The notes under the pieces were generated by a model that was given only the letters and a program-made list of their open reading frames with translations, made no database searches and had not been told where the DNA came from. A stretch of DNA of 64,000 bases, taken from Felis catus. Its lineage: Eukaryota. Position numbers and translations under genes: made by a program. The DNA is taken from assembly GCF_018350175.1 (NCBI RefSeq), contig NC_058368.1:84446001-84510000 (forward strand), given 5' to 3'. Below, piece by piece: positions 54,401 to 64,000 of the stretch. Position 1 is the stretch's first letter. The number at the start of each line of letters is the position of its first letter.

Positions 54401-57400
54401 TAATGTATTGTTTGATCTGGTTGGCTAATATCTTGTTGAGGATTTTTGCATCCATGTTCATCAGAGAAATTGGTCTATAGTTAGTTCTCCTTTTTAGTGG
54501 GACCTCTGTCTCATTTTGGAATCAAGGTAATGCTGGCTTCATAGAAAGAATTTGGAAGTTTTCCTTCCATTCCTATTTTTTGGAACAGGTTCGAAAGAAT
54601 AGGTGTTAACTCTTCCTTAAATGTTTGGTAGAATTTCCCTGGAAGCCATCTGGCCCTGGACTCTTGTTTTTTAGGAGATTTTTGATTACTCATTCGATTT
54701 CCTTATTGGTTATAGGTCTGTTCAAATTTTCTGTTTCTTCCTGTTTCAGTTTTGGTCGTGTATATGTTTCTAGGAATTTGTCCATTTCTTCCAGATTGCC
54801 CATTATATTGGCATATAATTTCTCATAATATTCTCTTAGTATTGTTTTTATTTCTGCTGTGTTGGTTGTGATCGCTCCTCTTTCATTTTTGATTGTATTT
54901 ATTTGGGTCCTTTCCTTTTTCTTTTTGATCAAACTGGCTAGTGGTTTATCAATTTTGTTAATTCTTTCAAAGAACCAGCTTCTGGTTTCATTGTTCTGTT
55001 TTACTGTTTTTTTGGTTTCCATAGCATTGATTTCTGCTCTAATCTTTGTTATTTCCTGTCTTCAGCTCGTTTTGGGTTTTATTTGCTGTTGTTTTTCTAG
55101 CTCTTTAAGGCGTAAAGTTAGGTTTTGTATCTGAGATCTTTCTTCCTTCTTTAGGAAGGCCTGGATTGCTATATACTTTCCTCTTATGACCACCTTTGCT
55201 GAGTCCCAGAGGTTCTGGGTTGTGGTGTTATCATTTTCATTGGCTTCCGTGAACTTTTTAATTTTCTCTTTAACTTCTTAGTTAGCCCATTCATTCTTTA
55301 GTAGGATGTTATTTAGTCTCCAAGTATTTGTTACCTTTCCAAATTTTTTCTTGTGGTTGATTTCAAGTTTCATAGCATTATGGTCTGAAAATATGCATGG
55401 TATGATCTCAATACTTTTGTATTTGTTGAGGGCTGATTTGTGTCCCAGTATGTGGTCTATTCTGGAGAAACGTTCCATGTGCACTGGAGATGAATGTATA
55501 TTCTGCTGCTTTAGGATGAAATGTTCTGAATATATCTATTAAGTCCATCTGGTCCAGTGTGTGATTCAAAGCCATTGTTTCCTTGTTGATGTTTTGATTA
55601 GATGATCTGTCCATTGCTGTGAGTGGGGTGTTGAAGTCCCCTACTATTATGGTATTACTATCAATGAGTTTCTTTATGTTTGTAATCAATTGATTTATAT
55701 ATGTGGGTGCTTTCACATTTGGAGCATAAATGTTTACAATGGTTAGGTCTTCTTGGTGGATAGACCCCTTAATTATGATATAATACCCTTCTTCATCTCT
55801 TGATACAGCCTTTAGTTTAAAGTCTAGATTGTCTGATATAAGTATGGCTACTCCGGCTTTCTTTTGTGGACCATTAACATGATAGATGGTTCTCCATCTG
55901 CTTACTTTCAATCTGAAGGTGTCTTTAAGTCTAAAGTAGGTCTCTTGTAAACAGAATATACATGGATCTTGTTTTCTTATACATTCTGTTACCCTGTGTC
56001 TTTTGATTGGAGCACTGAGTCCATTGACATTTAGAGTGATAACTGAAAGGTATGAACTTATTGCCATTATGTTGGTTGCAGAGTTGGAGTTTCTGGTGGC
56101 GTTCTCTGGTCCTTTCTAGTCTTTGTTGCCTTTTTTTTTGTTTGTTTATTATTTCATCTTTTCTCCCCTCAGAGAATCCCCCTTAAAATTTCTTCCAGGG
56201 CTGGTTTAGTGCTCACAAACTCCTTTAATTTTCTTTTGTCTGGGAAACTTTTTATCTCTCCTTCTATTTTGAATGACAGCCTTGCTGGATAAAGAATTCT
56301 TGGCTGCATATTTTTCTGAATCAGCACATTGAACATATCCTGCCACTCCTTTTTGGCCTGCCAAGTTTCTTTGGATAGGTCTGCAAACCTGATCCATCTT
56401 CCCTTGTAATTTAGGGACTTTTTTTCCCTTGCTGCTTTCATAATTCTTTCCTTGCCTGAGTATTTTGTGAATTTGACTATGGTATGCCTTATTGATAGTC
56501 AGTTTTTGTTGAATCTAATGGGGGCCCTCTGTGATTCCTGGATTTTGATGTCTGTATCTTTCCCCAGGTTAGGAAAGTTTTCTGCTATGATTTGCTCAAA
56601 ACCCCATCTAGTTCCATCCATGTAGTTGCAAATGACAAGATTTCATTCTTTTTGATTGCCGAGTAATACTCCACATCTTCTTTATCCATTCATCCATAGA
56701 GCTCCTCCTTTCTTACAGTGGAGAGTGTTTGGACCTTTAGCTGGGTTTGCTTTGATTTGTTCATTAAAATAAGCCTGGAAAAACAAACAAACAAACAAAA
56801 CAAACAATAAAAAACCTGATCCTGTAAAAGAAGAAAGGGAAAAGGAACAAAAAACACCAATCAAAAAACTATAAGCTGAATTCAAAGAGAAAGAAAGCTA
56901 AAAAAATAAAAGACAAATAAAAGAAAAAAGAAGCTTGACCCTCCCAAAAAGGAGAAAGGAAATGAAAATAGCAAACTAACAAACATATAAAACAGTATGA
57001 GCCTGATTCTAGAAGAAAAAAAAAAAGAAAGAAAAACAAATAAACAAATGTGGGGGGGGGGCTGTGGTAGAAAAAAAGTAAACCTGGTCCTGTTTCCACC
57101 AGAACTACATGTGTCATCTTGAAGCATTCAATTTTCAGTACAGTTGGTACATGCAGGGTGCTGCCTATGGTGGTCTTCTGCGTGAGAGACTGACTGAAAT
57201 GGCTCAGAGTCAGTCTTACTCCAGTAAATAAGCAGTTACCAGGCACTTTGAGTCAGGTTGTGGTGTAACCGGGTACCACCTCTGCTGGGGGCTGCTGTGT
57301 TGGTCTCAGAAGTCCCAGTGTGTTGGTATTGGGGGAAAATGACACCACCCCAATCTTTGTCCCCAGAAAGAATCTCACATCCCCCACCATTCAGGCAGTC

Positions 57401-58291
57401 CTCACAGATAGTAAGGGCAGTCAACTTGCCCTGCACCACAGCTTTCTTGAGTTTTTCCTTGGTGTGCAGCTGGAATACAAAACTTGAAAACTTAATGGGC
57501 ACAGCACTACATGGACCTGCTTCCCTCCTCGGGAGTAGAGCCTCTGCATGCTGTGCCAGATGGTTTTTGTCCCAGAAGAATAGTTCCTCGCCAGCATGTT
57601 GTGTGGAGTGTATAGTGTAGCACCACTGAAAGCAGCAACAAGGTCATATGCTATCTGCTGTACCTCTGTCCCCTGCAGATGAAACGCCATTAGCTGGAAC
57701 CTATAGGTTCTTTTGTCCTTGGAGAGGCAATAAACCTCTTCCAAAAGTACTCCAGGAAGGGGAGTGTTCTCTCCCAGTGTGCCTTGAAGGTCCCTACACC
57801 AGGCTATGCACTCTGGGGCCAGCTCCTTCCTTCCCCCCATGACCACACACTACAGCTCTCTGCTAGAGAGTCACACACTTCCAAAACTTCAGGGTTGAGC
57901 TGCACACGCTGTTTGCAAACCACAAAACATAACAAAAACCTGTAACGCTCAGTACTTCTTGCACCCCAGTCTGTGGTCTAGAGAGATTTTCCTCTTGTGT
58001 GAACCCAGTGCGATATATACTCTCTCAACACCTCTCTCTTTCCTTCCCTTCTTTTCTCTTACCAGAAAGGGTTTCCTCCCCCTCTGCAGCACTGCCATTT
58101 TTCTATCCACCAATTCATATCCATGTACCTCACACCTGCCACCCTGTCTCCCTCTAACCATGCAGGTCCTTCTGCCACTCTGCAGATCGATTTCCTGGGT
58201 GTTCCAAGTGATGTGACCTCGGTAGAGCTGTGTTTGGGGGGTGAGAAAGCTCAGGGTTCCCCTATTTCTCCTCTATCTTACCTCCTCCCCC
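51497..58291 (-). mobile_element. Nested L1 complex: older internally deleted L1 (3' end ~51590-52014, 56684-56696, 5'UTR 56697-58291) hosting a younger L1 (52015-56670)
   Basis: TSD ccacatcttcttt at 52002-52014 and 56671-56683. Minus-strand ORF2 peptides from 56067 (MAISSYLSVITLNVNGL...) to ~52260; ORF1 C-terminal half 56169-56600. Confidence 0.85.
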
Positions 58292-58532
58292 TGGAACTTC
58301 TCTTTAGAATGCCTCCTATCATTAAAATACTTTTGCACTTGAAAGAGTAACCTATGTTTGGAAAATTCCCTTAACTGGCACTGTGCCTGGTGGTACTGGT
58401 TCCAAAATGCGGTTCAAGCTCAGCTGGTCTGCAGTGGGAGCACCCTCCTCTCAGGTGATGCTTTAACAGAGTTTTCTGCTGAAACACTGTCTCCTGTGTG
58501 ACCTCGCTTTATTTCGTTTCCTGTCATTGCAG

Positions 58533-60294
58533 CAATCCCACTGTTGGGAGAGATGCCAGTTCAAAGCTCAAGTCCATGAAGCTACTTGAGGTTCTGAATG
58601 CATTGGAGGAGGAGGGTCCTAGCCACCGCAGGGAAGAGATCTTCATTGCGCCACCTGACAATGCCTCAGGGGATTTCACTGATGAGGACTCAGGTGATGA
58701 AGATGGCCAGCGAGGCTCCCATGTGCCCGGTAGTGTGCTGCATGCCTCTGTTGTACCTGAGGACTCTGGCACTGAAGAGGAGGATGACGACCTGCAGCCA
58801 CCACCAGCCATGAAGAGGCAGAAGGCAGTAGTGGAACCTCAGCGTGTTTGGATCAAAAGAGATATCCAACCCAACTTCCGCAGCTGGACTCCATCAGATC
58901 CCCATATAGAGGATCTCAAAAGCCAGGAACTGAGTCCTGTAGGCCTATTTGAGTTGTTTTTTGATGAAGGAACTATTAATTTTATTGTTAATGAAACCAA
59001 TCGTTATGCTTGGCAAAAAAATGTCAACCTTGGGCTCACAGCCCAGGAATTAAAGTGTGTTTTGGGAATTTTGATTTTAAGTGGGTATATATCCTATCCA
59101 AGGAGAAGGATGTTTTGGGAAACATCTCCTGATTCACATCATCATCTTGTGGCTGATGCAATTAGAAGGGACAGATTTGAACTGATCTTTTCATACCTGC
59201 ATTTTGCAGATAATAATGAGCTGGATGAAAGCGATAGGTTTGCCAAGGTCAGGCCTCTCATTGTCCGAATGAATTGCAATTTCCAGAAGCACGCACCCTT
59301 GGAAGAGTTCTACAGCTTTGGTGAGTCCATGTGTGAATACTTTGGACACCGGGGATCCAAGCAGCTGCCAGCAGGGAAACCCATGCGTCTGGGCTACAAG
59401 ATCTGGTGTGGGACAACCAGCAGGGGCTATCTGGTGTGGTTTGAGCCCTCACAGGGCACACTGTTCACCAAGTCAGACAGGGGCTTAGACTTAGGAGGTA
59501 GTATGGTGGTAAAATTTGTGGATGCTCTTCAGGAGCGTGGCTGTTTGCCATACCACATATTTTTTGACAAGGTTTTTACAAGTGTCAAACTCATGTCCAT
59601 TTTGAGGAAAAAGGGGGTGAAGGCCACAGGAACTGTTCGTGAATACAGGACTGAGCGATGTCCCCTCAAAGATCCCAAAGAACTTAAGAAAATGAAGAGG
59701 GGTTCATTTGATTATAAAGTTGATGAGAGTGAGGAGATTATCGTGTGCCGCTGGCATGATAGCAGTGTGGTTAACATCTGCTCTAATGCTGTGGGCATAG
59801 AGCCAGTGGAGCTGACCAGCCATCATTCAGGAATAGCCAAAACACGGACCCAAGTCCATCAACCATCCCTGGTGAAGCTGTACCAGGAGAAAGTGGGGGG
59901 TGTCAGCCGGATGGACCAGAATATTGCCAAATACAAGGTAAAGATCCGGGGCATGAAGTGGTACTCAAGCTTCATTGGCTATGTCATTGATGCTGCCCTC
60001 AATAATGCTTGGCAACTACACAGGATCTGCAGCCATGATGCCCAGGTAGACCTCCTGGCCTTCCGGAGATATGTGGCCTGTGTGTACCTAGAGAGCAATG
60101 CTGACATGTCCTCCCAAGGGAGGCGAAGCAGACGGCTGGAAACTGAGAGCCGCTTTGACATGATTGGTCACTGGATCGTCCACCAGGACAAAAGGACTCG
60201 GTGTGCCCTTTGCCACTCGCAGACCAACACCCGCTGCGAGAAATGCCAGAAGGGTGTCCATGCCAAGTGTTTCAGGGAGTACCACATTCGGTGA
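58533..60294 (+). CDS. PGBD2: PGBD2 main coding exon (exon 3): piggyBac transposable element-derived protein 2
   Basis: Uninterrupted frame (track ORF 58498-60294) with piggyBac-family motifs (SPVGLFELFF, RFAKVRPL, KPMRLGYKIW, HIFFDKVFTS, GGVSRMDQ, KWY) and a C-terminal Cys/His domain. It matches my recollection of mammalian PGBD2 nearly throughout. A polypyrimidine tract and tgcAG acceptor lie at 58505-58532, so the track's GTG start at 58498 is intronic. Confidence 0.96.
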
Positions 60295-61000
60295 TGCAGA
60301 ATGGACAGAGGGAGCCCTGTGGATGTTTGGTTTATAATGAAATGTTTACAGCAAATTTCATAAAGCAGATAGAGCACTTGTGTTCTATTTGTGTTGGAAA
60401 AACAACACCTGAATCGCTAATGATTTGGTCTTGTATTTTCTACCCACCTCCATTACAGTTATCTTTTTATTGTCTTCTGTGATACCTACATGTAACATAA
60501 ATTAATATTTATATTGGTAATTATAGATGTTTGTAAATCTATAGATTATACTGTTACTTATTTCAAATAATGGGCCCCTGTGGGTGATTCCTGTGGGTGA
60601 TAGATGAGTCCTAGTTAGGAAAATCAAATAGAACCAAAAACTTTAGAGAAACTTTCATGAATAGTAAAAAGATTTTATAATTGCATACTATTGGTTTTAA
60701 CATAAGATGAGACAATAGTATGTAAGTATGGTATCAATATTGATGAAGGAGATTTTAATCATAGTTATTTCACTTTAACACTAGCAAGCTGTTTAGGAAT
60801 AGATAATCAGCTTTGTGTTTATCCAGAGGGCTAGATTTGTAGACTTTGTATTTCCTTGATAAAAATATTTTCCTAATACAAGTATATCCTTATGGAATTC
60901 ATTTTTATAACTAGTGTAAGATAGGTATCTGGGTTTTCCCCCTTAAGCAATGGTTTGCATCATTTATTAAAATATTTATATTTTCCCATTGATTTAAATT
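60295..61000 (+). other. PGBD2: PGBD2 3'UTR region, AT-rich, end uncertain
   Basis: Unique sequence after the TGA. No AATAAA seen; variant signals are CATAAA (60359, 60496) and ATTAAA (60966-60971). Confidence 0.5.
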
Positions 61001-61013
61001 CTAATTTTATAAA

Positions 61014-63665
61014 GGGGGAGGAGTTAAGATGGTGGTGTAGTAAGGGGAACCTGGGCTAGTCTCAGTCCCTCAAACACAGCTCAATCAACATCAAATCATT
61101 TTAAACACCTAGGAAATTGACCTGAGGATTAAAAGAACGGTCTGCATAATTTGAGGGAGAGAACATGGCAGGTGTGGAGAGGAGATTTGGGGGAGAGAAA
61201 AGCCATGGTGCTGCAGAAGGGATGGGAGTCCTACTTGCAGAGAGGAGAAAGGGAAGTGGGGAGAGAGTAGTGTGTCAGATTCGCATAAGGAAAGCAATCC
61301 CCCAAAACCATTGATGGGGGAATTGTGAGGAACTGAATATCCCAAGGTTTTGCAAACAGTGGAGGTGAAATTCTGAGTTTCTGGAAGTCTGTGCTGTTTG
61401 CTGTAATAGATCTGGATGGGCAGCAGTGCTCCTGGGGAGAAGGAGAGGAAGCCCAAGAGCAGACAGTAGACAGTGTGGTGCAAAGATTCCTTTGGTCTCA
61501 CTGGGAGAGAAAGTTCTCCTTCCCTAAGTGTATTTGGAAGAGACTATAATGCCTTTCCAAGGACAAAAGACCCAGCTGGCACCTTTGAACATGTATTCAA
61601 CAGCAAGGGACAGGGGCACATGCAGAGGGTGGATGAAGTGGTCGTAGCTTTTCGTTGTGCTTCACCATAAACTCTAGGCACCAGGATGGCCATAGGACTG
61701 CTTTTCTGGGACAGAATAGTACCAGATGCAGTGCTGTGAAGCTCTCCTCTGCAGTGGGGGAGCGGGTCTGTGCCTTGCCTGGTCCTTTAAAATTTGAGAG
61801 TTGGGAATCCCAGTTGTATGCCATAGATAAAACACTGGAGAGCTGTGGCACGAGGCAAGTTGATGGCCCAGGCACAAAAGGGTAAAGGGAAGAATCTGAT
61901 GAACCATGGGTCACAGGAGAGGAGATTGGTTGCTTGTCTGTGAGGGCTACCTGAACAGCTGCAGGTTCCATCTTTTCTGCCTGGGGAAAAGAGAGTGGTA
62001 TGGTACCGTCTACCCCCACCCACCAGCCCATCACACCAGCCCATCATACACAGCACTCCTAATTGAGGCTACAGCTACTTATAGCAAAGCCTGGCCCCCT
62101 GGCCCCTACAATGGTTATCTTACAGGGGCAGGTCTGATTGTGAGCCAGTGCACTGGGCTTTTCCCCCAGAGGAACAACACAGGCTCCCCCACATGCACGA
62201 AGTCTAATGATCATAGAGTGTTCCAAAGCATCAGCATCAGTTATGCTGGAAACAAGAAGAGGCCTTTTTTTTTTTTTTTTTTTTTTTTATCAGGCCTATA
62301 GTTTTTTTGTTTCCTTTTCTCATGTTTTGAAACTGACTTCTTTTTCTTTTTTTTATTCTTGAATTCAGCTTACAGTATTTTGTGTATTTGGGTTTTTTGT
62401 TTTTGTTTTTGATTGCTATACCTTTTTTTTGGATAAGGCCTTTTTGTTTTCGTTAATTTGTATTGTTTTTTAAATCGGGCTTATTTTAATAAGTCAAAAG
62501 CACACCTGGTTAAAGGTCGAAACACTCCCCGTTACAGGTAAGGAGGAACTCTACAGAGGACTGACCTGGGGGAAAGAGCAGCCAAATCACAACAGGAGAT
62601 GTATAGTGCATATACCATACACCAGAAACACTTCCTGAAGTACAAGGCCCTGGAGAGTGTATAACGCTTCTTAATATAGTATTATATCCAGGAACAGGAA
62701 GCCTAACAAACTTTCATAACACACCAAAAACAGAAACCTAGACAGAATGACAAGATGATTCTTCCACAAAGAAAGATCAAGAAGAAACCACAGGCATGGA
62801 TTTGTTCAAAACAGATATAAGTAGTATATCTGAAGGAGAATTTGGAACGACAGTCATAACTAGCTGGACTTAAAACAAAACAAAACAAAACAAAACAAAA
62901 CAAAACAAAACAAAACAAAACATAGAAGGCTCCAGAGAAACCATGGCTGTAGAGGTAAAAGCTAAAAACTAGTCAGTCTGAAATGAATAATGCTGTGACT
63001 GAGATCAAAACTGACTGGGTGTAATTACAACGAGGATGAAAGAAGAGGAGGATTGAATAGGTGATACAGAAGGTAAAATTATAGAAAATAATGAGCCAGA
63101 AAAGGAGAGGGGAATAAAACTATTAGATCACAAATATAAACTTAGGGAACTCAGTGATTCTACAAAGTGCAATAATATCCATCTCATAAGAGTCAAAGAA
63201 TAGCAGGGAAAAGTGAAAGAAGATTTATTTGAATAAGTTATAGCTGAGAAATTCCTTGATATTCAGAAAGGAACAGGCATTCAAATCCAAGAGTCACAGA
63301 GAACTCCCCTCAAAATCAACAAAAACAGGTCAAAACCACGACATATAATGAAACTTGCAAAATGCAAAGATAAAGAGAATTCTGAAAGCAGCTAAAGACA
63401 AAAGGTCCTTAACCTACAAGGGTAGACACATGAGGTTAGAAGCAGACAAGTCAACAGTATCTTGGAAGGCCAGAAGGGAGTGATATGATATATTTAATGT
63501 GCTAAATGTGAAAAATATGCAACCAACAATACTTCCTCCGGCAAGACTATCATTCAGAACAGAAGGATATCTGAAGAGATTCTAAGAATCTGTAGATTCT
63601 TAGCAAAACTCCTTAGCAAAAGCTATAGGAGTTTGTGAACAATAAAACAGTTATGGAAGAATTAC
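61014..63665 (+). mobile_element. LINE-1 5' portion (5'UTR and degenerate ORF1) downstream of PGBD2
   Basis: Starts gggggaggagttaagatgg; T-rich tract 62265-62480; ORF1 remnant from atgacaaga (~62747); (CAAAA)n at 62872-62920. Confidence 0.85.
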
Positions 63666-63669
63666 TTTA

Positions 63670-64000
63670 AACTTTATTTAAATTCAAGTTAGTTAACCTA
63701 CAGTGTAGTGTTGGTTTCAGGAGAGCCCGGTGATTGATCACTTACATATAGCATCCAGTGCTCCTCCCAATAGGTGTCCTCCTTAATGCCTATCACACAT
63801 TTTTTTTAAGTTTATTTATTTTGAGAGAGAGAAAGAGGGCAACATTGGCAGGGGAAGGACAGAGGGGGTGGGGGGAGGAATCCCAAGCAGGTTCCATACT
63901 GTCAGTACCCAGAGCCCAACATGGGGCTTGATCTCATGAATCATGAGATCATGACCTGAGCCAAAATCAAGTGTTGGACACTTAACCAATTGAGCCACCC
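63670..64000 (-). mobile_element. L1 3' terminus (63670-63800) followed by a Can-SINE running off the window
   Basis: tttatttaaattcaagttagttaac L1 tail, then a T tail and SINE body ending gagccaccc. Confidence 0.85.

Noticed and set aside
58498..58532. Track start of the 598-aa ORF (MTSLYFVSCHC)
   Set aside because: GTG start inside the polypyrimidine tract of the acceptor; the real ATG is at 39506.
58300..61010. piggyBac terminal inverted repeats or TTAA duplication around PGBD2
   Set aside because: TTAA sites occur, but I found no TTAA-CCC...GGG-TTAA pair or inverted repeat, so this is not a mobile element.
1..64000. CRISPR array, operon or other prokaryotic system
   Set aside because: The sequence is mammalian. 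All recurring direct repeats are explained by SINE, LINE and LTR copies, TSDs or microsatellites.

Overview
Mammalian genomic DNA, very probably a felid (cat-like tRNA-derived Can-SINEs and L1_Fc-like LINE-1). About three quarters of the window, by eye, is transposable-element debris. It holds one real gene, PGBD2, a domesticated piggyBac transposase on the + strand. The model is a CpG-island promoter and non-coding exon 1 (~24.0-24.8 kb), a small exon 2 (39459-39522) carrying ATG-ASTS, and a large exon 3 (58533-60294 plus 3'UTR). Spliced, these give an intact 592-aa protein whose DDD triad is degenerate (G/D/S) but whose C-terminal Cys-rich domain is intact. Apart from exon 3, the ORFs in the track are L1 ORF1/ORF2 remnants, their antisense shadows or low-complexity noise. 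The most unusual structures are composite LINE-1s with stacked promoters. One is a ~9.9 kb element (40094-49988) with two 5'UTR/ORF1 heads inside a single 14-bp target-site duplication (TSD). The other is a four-tier head-to-tail stack of L1 5'UTRs with abortive ORF1 starts (~170-6215). Also present: a three-level L2>L1>L1 nest, an L1-in-L1 with a templated 5' junction, and a small internally deleted ERV with a tRNA-Leu-like primer-binding site. No rRNA, bona fide tRNA gene or CRISPR array was seen. Repeat family names come from recall, not a database search, and boundaries without a TSD are approximate.
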